64,000 nucleotides of DNA, from assembly GCF_964204865.1 (NCBI RefSeq), contig NC_135263.1, positions 13,950,001 through 14,014,000 of the forward strand, read 5' to 3'. This DNA comes from Styela clava (taxonomy: Eukaryota). The notes below the pieces were generated by a model. That model saw only the letters and a program-made list of their open reading frames with translations, did no database searches and was not told the origin of the DNA. The number at the start of each line of letters is the position of its first letter. Position 1 is the first letter of the stretch. Shown here one piece after another: positions 28,185-39,970 of this stretch. Both the position numbers and the translations under genes were made by a program.

Positions 28185-31100
28185 ATGTTTAATCATGTTG
28201 TTCATCCTCACCCTCACCGTCGACATTACCCGCATCATCTACTCGACCACTTTTCAAAAAATTTAACTCATCAATCGCCTACATCTACTAGTTTTGAAAG
28301 CACTGTACGAACCCAGGACAGTAGCCCAGTCGATCTAAGATACCAAACCGAAACGGAGAATTCCGAAATGCTTGTCGCGAGAGGGAGCGTGAGAGCAGAG
28401 ACTGATGATACAGTAGGCGGGGATACCTCTGAACGTAATATTGGATCGAGAACGAAACAAGTACCAGAACAAGAGTCGAGCGTCGATAGAGCGTACTCCA
28501 ATTTTCGAGAACCTCAGCCGTGGCCTTTCTTCGGAACAGAATCTAGAGTATTACCGTCAGGAAGGCGAGTGTCGTTTCTTAAACAAGCCTGTATAGGATT
28601 TTCATTGACTAATACTAGAAACAAAGCTACAAACGATAATTCGCCCACAGTTTGTCCAAAAGCGTTTAGAGAAGCTACGTTTAGTAACACGCCTCGAAGA
28701 TCTCCCATAAGGGGTGGCCCCAAAGTCTCCGAACTTAGGCAAAAATTCACTAGCACCGCGGAAAGTCCCACGAAACAGCCTTCTAGACAAAGTTCAGTAG
28801 ACTTGATTAAATTCAGAAATGAATCAATGAGAGGACCAAGCGAAAGACTACATGGGAATACAGTAAATCAAGAAATAAAAACTTGTGTAACCATTATAGA
28901 CAGTTCCAGTACCAAAGGAAAAAATCCTGTTCCAAAAGCATCAAGCCTACGCTCGTCCGTGAAGCCTGTTGTGTCACCTAAACCAAAAACAAAAACGGTT
29001 TCGACATCGCCAATGCGGCATAAAACAAAGCAATTTCAAAATAAATCAACGTCACCCTCTCCTACTAGAAGGAAAGAATCTCCGCCATCTTGGAAAACTA
29101 CCGGGGTGGATAAAACAACTGTTTGTCCACCTGGTGTCAGATCAAACTCTCGAGGACCAAAAATTGTGGTTCCAAAAGCAGACACTCCTCCCGAGAAAGC
29201 TAAACCTATAACGGAAAACGTTGTAGCAAAAACATACAAACCCATGACGGCGCCTCCAAAACTTTCCAAGAATGAAAACAACACAAAACCAGCGAAAAAG
29301 CAAACTCAAGTCAGGCCTGCAAAAGACGACTATTCTGCATCCTCAGATTCATTGAGCAAGGAAAGCTCATTGGTTGTTGTTGATGGTGGCGTCATAGACG
29401 CTGGTGACATCACCAGTACATACGAGGAACTAAGTGTTGAAGCCAGCGAGCTTTCTGATCGGAATTTTTTGATTGATTATGGTGACCCATCTCGTTTTTA
29501 CTTTCGAAATGAGTGGGAAGCAAGGATGAGGGAACTGGATGGTCATACAACGGATATGAGGGAGAAACTTTCAAAGTTTTGCAACTATGAGGAGGTGACT
29601 ATTTATCATTTTCAAATTAGCGCATTATTGATTTGCCTTTTTTATCATTATTTGCAGTTAAAAACAACTGTTGACAAAAGGTTCGAAAATTTCTAAAAAT
29701 CAGTTTCAATTTTAGTCTGTCATAACTCTTAAAAAATAATGCGGGACCCCTAAATATTCGGACGATATAGAAATTTGTATAAATAATGTTCGCAAATTGG
29801 TAACTTGTATGGTCTTGACATCATTTCAAACTTGGGAGTAAATATATTTTTTATTATATATATTTTTACATTTGATATCTATTGATTTCATCCCACGTCC
29901 ACGTTACGAAATAAATATATCTGAGTGAAAAAAGTCGTAGTACTTCATTTTTACCTAAAACGATATATACGTATACCATACACGATTTTGATACAATTAT
30001 TTGTAGGATTTTTTGACAATCCTGATACTAATGTTTTGATAAAATATTTACTTTCTAAGTTTGTTGATAGCTTTGATGATTCACAAATTTACTCTTGATA
30101 CTTTTAATTATATCGCATTTTTAATTATATTTTTACTCCAACACTTTATTGTTATATAATTGCAATTTATGACGCATTCGTCACGAATAATCCCGAACAA
30201 ATTGGAGCAAAGCTGTCATGACTCTGACACATCATGCAATTTCACAGTCCTTAATTCATTATAAAGAAAACCATATGCCAGCTTGCATCTGATAATCACA
30301 TCAGCTTATCCCAAGTCCACAATTGTCATTGCCATTAATTTCCCATGCGCATGCGATTGACACAAATCTGTAAATCAAATTTAATTTCCAACATTACTAT
30401 CGCATTCTGCATCAATTTTATTTAATTTTGCTGTTGATTGGGTTTTTCTGTAATGTTGAATATATTTCTGTAACGTTTCGCCTGACCAATGTCAGATTTC
30501 CTCAGACATACACGATTTAAAGCATGAGGAAATATATTTGGGAAAATATTCAGTGAGACTCTTTAAAAGTTTTATAAAACGTAACAAACTCACATATTAT
30601 ATTAGTAGGTGTCGCAATTTTGTTTAACAGTGTAGTACCATTACATCATTACTCAATGATTCCCCTGAGTAATTTGGCATTCGTTAGTTTCATATCAAAA
30701 ACCGACAAATATTTGTTTATATATATGCAGCAGAGTATAGGCCATCGATAAAGCGCTGCAATTAGTGTGTAATAAATATCAATAATTAAAAAGCTTCAAA
30801 CGCCGATAATATCGTAGAAGCAATTCACAAGTATTAAATGTAATTTAAAATACTTGGCGTTCTTTATTATACTCAATTCAGTTTTATGCTTCATTTTACC
30901 TATTATGATCTGGGAAACAATACATTTTGCCCATCTGCGTGAACCACACAGGATCAGCCTTCTGCACTAAACGTGTCATTGAAAATGGGTGGGACGTTGA
31001 ATACGACGAAAGATTTCTCGGCCCCAAAACTACTGTTGAGCCTGATATGCCAACTATCGAATTAACTGCTATTTCTTTCTCTTATCACCTATTCCATTTT

Positions 31101-34100
31101 GCGTGATACAGATGTACCAGGGAGCTATAGAAATCATTGAAGATGTAGAAAATATGAAGGAAGAAATGAGTGAATTATACGATTATTTCGATCATTTTGA
31201 ACGCGAGGAAGACACATTGCTACAACAAGTTCAAAGGCAATTGACACAAGCAAACAGATACTGCAAAGTTTTGCACTACAGAGTGGAAAGGTTCTAATAA
31301 ATATATTACTAATTAATTTTAATTTAGCTTGGCTTAATTTTTTTTTTGGTGCGATGAAAAAATTTTAACGAGAGGGAAGTTACGCTAGTGCACAGATGTC
31401 GGGAAGCGATTGACATTAAACGACAGATGGTCGTGAACATCTTTGAGTCTCGAAACTGTCGATGATGTACGATATTATCAAATGAAATATAAACTCTGAT
31501 ACAAACTTAAAACATGTAGGATTAATCGGTGCGTTTTGCAATACCACCGGGTTAATTTGAAAAATAAACCAATTGTTTTGGAAAAGTTTAACAGCCATAT
31601 TCCAGAAACTGGAGGCATTTGCATGTTGATACCCACACCGTGTTTAGCGGAAGTCAGTAATTTCAAGATTTGTTTACTCAAGAAAAAAAAATGATTAATC
31701 TTCATGAACTTGCTTCAGAAATGATTTTGATAATATCTATATTAAATTAAACCTCAATAAGGCAACTCGTTAAATTAATGGACTTCGTGGTTTTTTGACT
31801 TTGTGCGTGAATTCCCAAAGGCCCCAGTAACAAGGGAAGGCAGCCATTGAACGACAGATCTGTCAATAACAGACGTGTGTCCAATGTATTGTGCAGGCGC
31901 CGGCTTCGCCACATTGGGAGGCTTATAATAAGTTCGTATTTTTAAACATGAAAAAATGTGATCTTTTGCCTCGCTTGAGAAAGAGATGAATGTTATTTAA
32001 ATGGAAGTTCGTCCCTTTATCAAACTTGAAAGAGATTAATTGTTCGTTCGGGTTATTATTTGTGACCGCGGTGACGTACTTGAGAGCTGTTGTCTGTTTT
32101 GAAATTGCACCATTGAGTATATGAAGTGGTATTGATGTGCAGGCGGATGTTACATAAACAAACTCGACAAAATATAGCTATTCGAACATGTATATATGAT
32201 TTATCTGTGACCTTAACATTCGCAAAACTTTGTTCTTGGTTCATCATATCTCACACCACCACCTAATATACTATAATATATTTAAGCCTGATATATGTAC
32301 AGATCGCTATGTGCTATCCAAACTGTCCCAAAACATTATGTCCTGGAATAAAATACCAAACTAAACATTTTTATATACTTAACCGTCTTGCACTACTTAA
32401 GTTTACTTTTGTATTTGTTATGATTACAAATTTTTTTACGTAAATATATATACTAAAAAAGCTGATGTTAACAGTTGGTCCTATTGAAAATCTGTATATA
32501 AAGTGAGTAGCGAACATCAAACCAGGTATAAATCTTTGGTTCCGAACAATAGGTTCATAAGATGTGGTATTTTAAGCTCCTTTGTGGTTCCTGGAAGAAT
32601 AATAGGTCCATTTGTGACGACAAATCGGAAAATAGATTAAGTAAAGATAATAATACTTTAAAAGGTATTTTGGAACACATTTTTTGTGTTCGTCAAAGGT
32701 TTGTGATTTTTTTTTTTTTGTAAATCACTACATTTCCCAGCAGACCCCAGATGTCTCGATTTAATCGATTTTCTTGTGTTTTTTACGGCTTTTGTCTTGT
32801 TTAGAGCGCAACAACAACGAGCAGATGATAAAAAGGTGCACGAACTTGAAGAGGAACTAAAACTAAGCCGCCAAGTTGCCGTTTCTTTACACTGGGAACT
32901 GCAGGCTGCTGATGCCAGGCAGGCCAAGGTATGTTATTCTTGTTGAAACAACTGTTTGATGCGACGGTGCCAAGCTTAAATCGCGATTACAAAGATAATT
33001 TCATATGCGGTACATGTGTGACCAAGGGCACCGTCAATCAAATGAATTATGCATTGTGATTATTCGCTAAGGTGCATTTCTGAGCAGACAATTGACGACA
33101 CGGCTACGTAAACAGCTTTATATTCTGCGTTGGTGTTTCTAGATCCAAATTGGTAGGTCAAAATACTACTTCACTGATCAAATTATTGTGTTTGTCTACA
33201 GTCTTGAATTTATTTATCTTTCGAACCGTGATCAAATTTCGCATTTGCCGATATGAAACTATGTGTAACATAGTTTGAAAGACCGTGACAACGTCCCAGT
33301 GCGGTCGTGATTTTTGTCCGTTTAGGCATAATTTCGAGATAAATTCAACCTGAATCAAGTCTACGAACTTATCCATTATCCAGATACCGTTAAAGATGAT
33401 AAATGCTACTTCATTGATTCAGAATACCCGGGCTCCATTAAGATTAATTTTTGTGTTTGGACCTACATTCTCGAATTTGGACTAGTTTATAAATATATAT
33501 ATACCACTCGGACTATAATTTGAATCCAAAACCTGTTCAACAGGTTCAACGCAAAAATATAATTCCAAGTATATGAGTATAGTCGTAATACAATTTAGTA
33601 TTGTTGCTATGGATCAACAAAAAATATTATTGGAGATTTCGGTAGTTGAGAGATTTCGTTAGGATATAATTCTATGAGTATACGCCGAAATTCCGCTATT
33701 TTATATCAGTCGTGTTAGAAAGAAGTTAAAATATACCTGCCCACTTTTTATCTACTCAGTTCCCAGTACATAAGGCGAGAAAAATGGGTATTCCGTAGGC
33801 TCTATTGTCCCACCTATATCATGCTATCTTTTTTAGCTTGAGCAAGAGAACATCGAAATGCGTCACAGATTACTGCAAGCTGAAACATCACGAGAAACAT
33901 TGAAAATTCAAGTCACAAGACTTCAAAATAGCGTAAGCCTTGAATACAGTATAAATTCCGAATATTGCCGTACACGAAAAACTGTATACATTTGTTTTAT
34001 AGGACATTTATTGTATATTTTCACTCATGTTGTGATTAAATAGAGCTAGTTCATTTTTTTGTGTATTCAATATATTTCTTATTGTTTGTCTTCGTAGGTA

Positions 34101-37100
34101 GATCAAATGAGTTTACACGCACCTTCTCAAATGATCATGGAAGACAATTCAAATGGTCTAACAACAAGCGATAGTAGTTCAGAGATGAAAAGACAGCTTC
34201 AATTTATGGAGGAAAAAGATGAAGTCATGTTGTCAAGGCTGGTTGATTTGCAGGCAGAAAAAGTAAGTCTGCTGTACGCATATAATTAAATGGAATTGGA
34301 GTACAGTCTTCTTCGAAATGTCTTTAAATTCATGCCGTTTAAGCATTAAGCCCTTGCTTCAGACCGTCCAAAATAGGAGTCGAGAATTTTCCTACCAGTC
34401 GAACTGGCCTATTTTACACAACTATATGCATGGATGAAAGACGTTGTTCGTTGTGTTTCAAAATCGTCTAGAATCGTACAAAACTATATGTCATTGTTAT
34501 TAATACAGCCATTAGCCAGCTGTTGAATATCGACGGTATTTACGAACAACCACTATAGGCTTTTGCGGTGTTACAACAGTATTGACGACTAACGTTAATT
34601 AAGTTTTATAACAAGAAATTCTAATCCGATTTTTGATAATTTCACACGTGACTCAGATAAGGTTGGTAGCACTATCATGTGACTGTGAATCTAAGTTACT
34701 GCGATGTAAAGTTATTGCTATTTTAAGGTTTAAGTATGTAGCGTTTCTGTGGAAATTTGTGGTATAAACGATTAGAATATACATGCATACACATCTTTAT
34801 CACATTGCATCGTAAACACAAATTAAACTCATTTTTCTGATCTTTTTTTAGGATTCTCTTAAGGACGAATTGGAACAATATAAAGACCAATATGGCGAAC
34901 TTGCCACCGTGCCATCGTCTGGGGCAAATAGACATACTGATTTGAAACTTCGACTTAAATTAGCTGAAGATCAAGCAGGATTACTTGCTAGAAAAGTAAT
35001 TGAACTACAGCTGGAAAACGATAACATGATTAAAATGGCTGCTGAAAGGGTGAATATATTTTCTGCCTCTTTATTTAACTCCATATTTGATGTCAGTCGA
35101 AAGATTAAAACTATCAAATTAAATGCCTTGAATATTTTTAAAAATGGTTGATGCATGAGTGTTAGTAATATTTCAGGAACTAATGGCCAAAGAAGCAATG
35201 AAAAGAAATCCAAGTGTTAGTGATCTACAATTTTTAGAAGACGAGAGAGAATCACTCAGACTGGCTTTGGATGAGATGGAGATAGAAAATCAAAAGTTGG
35301 CCGGTACGTTAACATACAGTTCCTTGGAAGATGAAAGAGCTATGTATTATTTTCAGTATTGTTGAGAGTCGTTCTCGTAATTTAACTTGATTAGACTCAT
35401 ATCTTTCTTCAGCTGAACTTCTTCGTTATAAACAAGCTGTTCATCGCCAACTTCATTCCAATTCCATCTCTTCCGAATCACCGCTAGATGTCGGCGTTAT
35501 GCTCAGAGTACCTCGAAGTAACGATAGCATATTTGAAGATGAAAACAACAACAAAACTTCTCGTTCGCACAAGGTTTTTAAATTTTATAAATGTAGTATT
35601 TATTTAACAATTCTCCATACCCAACATTGTTATATGAGACAGCTGTTTTGTATAGCAGATGTTATTGAACGTAAACAAAAATATTAATTTTCAGTAGGGA
35701 CAAGTTGACATCGATATAATATCACGGTTATCACAGTTAAACTAGTAACACTATCTTGTTTATAGTTTATTAGGTGCTCCAGAAGTGTGTGTACCAAGAT
35801 AGAAGTAACTACTTTTGTTCGTCTACTTTACATCAAGTTGTGTAAAGAGACCGAAACCTATGCGCAGTGGGTATATTCACTTGACTAACACAGACAGTCC
35901 CCGAACTCGTAATATAACTCGTATAAGGAAAATCGGAATAAAATTATGGCCTAACTCTAACCCGGCACACACATCACGGAAGTACCGTTTGTTGTACAAA
36001 TATTAAAATTTAATTTTTGATCTTGATATTACATTGAGCTTTGTCACCAGGCCATAACAATTTCAATGATTTTGTCGATCACTCTCGACATTTCAAACTG
36101 GATGATTGAAAATTCAATGAACAAAATCATTTCATTTGAAGTTTTTGGATTTGAGCAATGAATATGAATATTTTTAAACTGAATGAATATTTTAAATTAT
36201 GATGCAGAGTGATTCCAGTCACCATGATTCGATGTCAGAGCATATAGGAGGAGATCGCAAGAAATTGCGGCCACTGTCTCTCACATCTCCACTGAACCAA
36301 ACGTCAAATCAAAAACGCAGCAGCAAGATGTCAATATCCAGAACATTGTCAGATATTGCCATTCCTTTGTCCCCAGATACCAAAAGTCAGTCTGTTCAAA
36401 TTACGCCAACTATAAGTAGCAATACCCCACAAGGTATGAGTATGGCCAACTATTTTAATTCGTTTTTGATCTTGTTAGTTTATAACCACAGTGATTGCCA
36501 ACACAAACAACAGTCCAACTATCTAATTCAAAAATAATTTATAACGAATAGAACTTAAATTCAAATTGAAAATGATAGATATATTATTCATTTTAATGTT
36601 AATTACATCTATTAAACTTTGTACAGGACCAAAATCAACAACTACGACAAGTTGCCGGAGAAAGAGTTTTTGTCACAAATGTAAACGGACTAAAAAACTA
36701 AAGATGGTTGATGTAGCTATTGAAACTGAAAATGAGTACAAAACTACAAAACAAACTCCAGTCAAAACGTTTACAAAATCTGTTGCCACCTGTACACATC
36801 CTACTGCACAATTATCCTCGCGGTCACAAGCCACTAGTCCTATTATTACAAACCTCCAGAGCCTCTTCCAGCCAGCTCTGGATGTTGTCACGCAAATAAG
36901 GCAGAGAAAAAGATCGATGAAATCGGAGGCGACCAGTCCCATAAGAGGAGTCACTCCGTCTACGTCTAGTTTTGCATTATCTCCTATGAACAGTGGACCA
37001 AGACCGCACAACGCATTACTTGATGAAATGAGGAAGCAGCTCGCGAATGTCAGACACATCGCTGAGTCTATGGATAACGTTGTAAACGTTGAAGCCATGG

Positions 37101-37894
37101 ACGTGGAATTGGAAAGGAAAGGTAGAGAACTGGTTAAAGCGGAGTGTAAAAAAGTAACAGAACGCGTTCTGCAGAAGACAAAAATTGCGAAATTAGCGAA
37201 ATCACTTCAAAACTATGTGAAAGAAATGGAAGTGTCGGTAGCTGATGAAAGTGAAAGAAGTGAATCGTTAGATGGCGCTCTATCAGAAGTAAACGGCTGG
37301 AACCTACACGGCAACGCCGGGGTTTTGCCAGGTGTTGATGCTGGTGCTGCAGAAACTTCAACAATCACTCTTTCGTCCTCGACAGATGACCTAATGTCAT
37401 TAGAAACTGTCCGATCTTTTGCAACAAGAATACGCAGTAATTCTATCAAGGAACTAGGTTTAGGGGTAAGTTTTTTACATTTTGAAATCGAAAATACGAA
37501 AAAATACCTTAATCTGTATTTCTTTCCGGCATAATATATTGATGTCCCTCTTCCAAATAATCTATATTTTGATGGAGTAACAGTTGGTATGTAGTAAGCA
37601 TTTCAACACCTATATATATATATATATGTTTTTTACACGAGAAAAAGTTCAAGTAAACGTGTTTCGATTTCGCAAATACCACATACCAAGTAAATTTGAC
37701 AAAAGAGTTGTGGCTCAAATAAGTATGATAATTTAATAATCAAATATGAAGAAAATATACTTATTTGCATCTATACTTTACAGATTTTCGAGGGAATCAT
37801 ACTCTTGGTGATGTCTTACGTTCTGTTAACTTCACTTCCCGCTTCAGCGATGTTTAAAATATGCTTCTTAATATTAGTATTTTTCGTCTGTTGA
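28185..37894 (+). CDS. SOGA: SOGA/MTCL (microtubule cross-linking factor) family coiled-coil protein (11 exons)
   Basis: Exons: 28185-29594 (frame open back to the acceptor at 28048; S/P/K-rich), 31112-31290, 32805-32928, 33837-33932, 34098-34262, 34852-35049, 35177-35303, 35413-35573, 36208-36433, 36627-37465, 37784-37894. Motifs QLTQANRYCKVLHYR, LEEELKLSRQVAVSLHWEL, MKRQLQFMEE, ELEQYKDQYGEL and DLKLRLKLAEDQAGLLARKVIELQLEN parallel, in order, the SOGA blocks as I recall them ([61 protein letters not shown]). The true start codon is uncertain. Confidence 0.8.
35773..35986. mobile_element. Degenerate copy of the GG-ended 8-bp-TSD MITE, in a SOGA intron
   Basis: GGTGCTCCAGAAGTGTGTGTACCAAGAT ... 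CTAACTCTAACCCGGCACAC..GGAAGTACC. Decayed TSD GTTTATTA / GTTTGTTG. Confidence 0.65.
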
Positions 37895-38249
37895 ATTATC
37901 ATTGTCATGCCCGATATCAGAAGAATAAAGAAGTAAACAAAAACTTTTTCGATGTAAGAGTAGCATAAATAACATTACAATTAGTGAAATCAAACTTTGT
38001 TTGTTTATTCAAGTTGCTTGCCTCATTTTTTCTTAACAGTTTACTTTTATGTTTTTTCGTCCTTCATTCTTTGGTGCTGACACTTTTTCACATGTGAGAT
38101 GTGAAATCAAAGATAGTGAATATGTTCTTTTACATAAGCTTTATGCCTGGCGCTTTCCGGCGCTCAGAATAGAATAAACGTTACACAAAAATAAAATATG
38201 TGGATTTAATGTGTTTTGGGGATTTATTTTTCGATACGTGTATATATGT

Positions 38250-38707
38250 TGTTACGGTAGCCAAAGTCCAACTTAGTTCAATAGCCCCGCAAATAGTCTA
38301 TGACTGCAATGCATTTATACGCGCTCCCAAAACCTGTCTTGCTGTCTATGATACACTGGAAATATGCAGCTCTGATATTGTTGTTTGAAATGATATTTTA
38401 ATCCAAGTAAATCCACAGTTCAACAAGAGTATTCAGTTATTAAATGTAATCCAATAAAGCAACTATACAGGAATTGATTGCGGTAAATGACAATTGTGTC
38501 TATCCAACCAATAGTTCTACGATAAACAGATAAAGTAGATGAGCAAATTTACTATGTGCGCTCCCGGTTTCAGGTTCTTGCCGAAGAGGCCTTACGGTAA
38601 CTAAGAATACACATCAGTGAACCACTGCCCACTAGCGGTAATACACAGGAGCTAACTTTGAAAGGGGGTACACACAATACGAAAACTAACTATTGGCCCC
38701 AGTAACA
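38250..38707 (-). repeat. 3' LTR (458 bp)
   Basis: Identical to the 5' LTR by eye, except G38489 versus T45647 and the MITE insertion. Confidence 0.95.
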
Positions 38708-38716
38708 TGGCTCCCC
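38708..38716 (-). other. Polypurine tract (plus-strand primer site)
   Basis: Minus strand reads TTTTTGGGGAGCCA directly before the TG of the 3' LTR. Confidence 0.7.
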
Positions 38717-38788
38717 AAAAAGGGTTCTTTGTTGGCAAAGAAAACTTTTTTAAAACGAAACATATGTACAGTACAAAAAGTAATAAAA

Positions 38789-39970
38789 CTAAGATGTTGG
38801 CTCCTCGTCCGGGGAATCGCCATCTTTGGCTGCACGAACCAACAACACAAGTTTATGTATCGGTCTGTCGAGGTATGTCACCGCTTTTGTTCGTTTGCCT
38901 CTGGAATCAAGATTACAATCGGCAACAAGAACTCTAACTTTTCGAATGAGGCCATCCTCAGACGGATACAAGGCATCAACTCTGGCAAGTTGCCATTCAT
39001 TTCTTGGGGCATTCTCATCGTTCACTATGACAATATCTCCAACACATAAATTCAGTTCAGTTTTAGTCCATTTCCCTCTTGGTTGTAGTGTTTGTAGATA
39101 CTCCAATCTCCATCGATACCAAAATTGGTTCACAATGTACTGGACTCGTCTCCATCGACGTCTTGCATATACATCAGGTCTTTGAAATTGTCCAGGTGGA
39201 GGCAGAAGAACCTTTGGCTTCATCGTCAAAAGATGATTTGGTGTTAATGGCTCGGGTGAACCCACATCACCTAAATTAGTAACTGTAAGTGGCTTAGAAT
39301 TAACCAAATGTTCAGCCTCCACAAGTACAGTACGAAAACTTCCATCATCAAGCTGTGAACCGAACTTCTGCATAATTGGCTCCAGAGCATTTCGAACTGT
39401 CCTTATTTGACGTTCACAACTTCCATGCATATGACTACATTTTGGAACATTAAACTTGAATTCGAACCAATCACACTCATTAGACAATAAATATTCTCTG
39501 ACCTTGCATTGATCTATCTCACCAATAGCTTTTAGTAATTCGTTTCTTCCTCCAATAAAATTTGTTCCACAATCTGCTCTCAACTGCTTAATTGTTCCTC
39601 GTCTTGCTAGGAATCTCCTCAAGGCATTGAGAAATGAATCTGTATCTAATGAATTTGCAGACTCTAAATGAACTGCTCTGGAAGATAAACAAGTGAATAT
39701 TATACCATATCTCTTTAAAATAGATCTACGCTCCTTTATTTCAAAAGGGCCGAAAACATCAACAGCTGAATAATCAAACAAGGCTGCTTCATTCACACGA
39801 TCCTCTGGAAGATCGCTCATCCTTTGAACCTCAAGAGGTCTTCGGATACGTCTGCATGCAACACATGAAGTTATAAATTGTGACACAGCTGAGGTGCCTC
39901 CAACAATCCAATACCCATTTTGACGTATCTCATTCAGTGTCATTCCGCGTCCCATATGATGAACTTTCAT
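38789..39970 (-). CDS. BEL/Pao integrase portion of pol (separated from the upstream ORF by a 1-bp frameshift)
   Basis: End of the HHCC zinc finger (HH...CVAC), DDE core (VDVFGP, ADCGTNF, CERQI), and Pao C-terminal PLTPNHLL...WRRVQ..FW.RW..EYL..LQ.R.KW...RPIHKLVLL. Confidence 0.9.
   Translation of the reverse strand: MKVHHMGRGMTLNEIRQNGYWIVGGTSAVSQFITSCVACRRIRRPLEVQRMSDLPEDRVNEAALFDYSAVDVFGPFEIKERRSILKRYGIIFTCLSSRAVHLESANSLDTDSFLNALRRFLARRGTIKQLRADCGTNFIGGRNELLKAIGEIDQCKVREYLLSNECDWFEFKFNVPKCSHMHGSCERQIRTVRNALEPIMQKFGSQLDDGSFRTVLVEAEHLVNSKPLTVTNLGDVGSPEPLTPNHLLTMKPKVLLPPPGQFQRPDVYARRRWRRVQYIVNQFWYRWRLEYLQTLQPRGKWTKTELNLCVGDIVIVNDENAPRNEWQLARVDALYPSEDGLIRKVRVLVADCNLDSRGKRTKAVTYLDRPIHKLVLLVRAAKDGDSPDEEPTS

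Noticed and set aside
38708-38725. TGGCTCCCC after the left LTR read as a tRNA PBS on the + strand
   Set aside because: Gag-Pol is on the minus strand, so this is the reverse complement of the polypurine tract before the 3' LTR.
39967-39970. ATGA stop/start overlap as translational coupling of a separate integrase gene
   Set aside because: The break splits the integrase HHCC finger, and one added T restores a single ORF. An indel is simpler.
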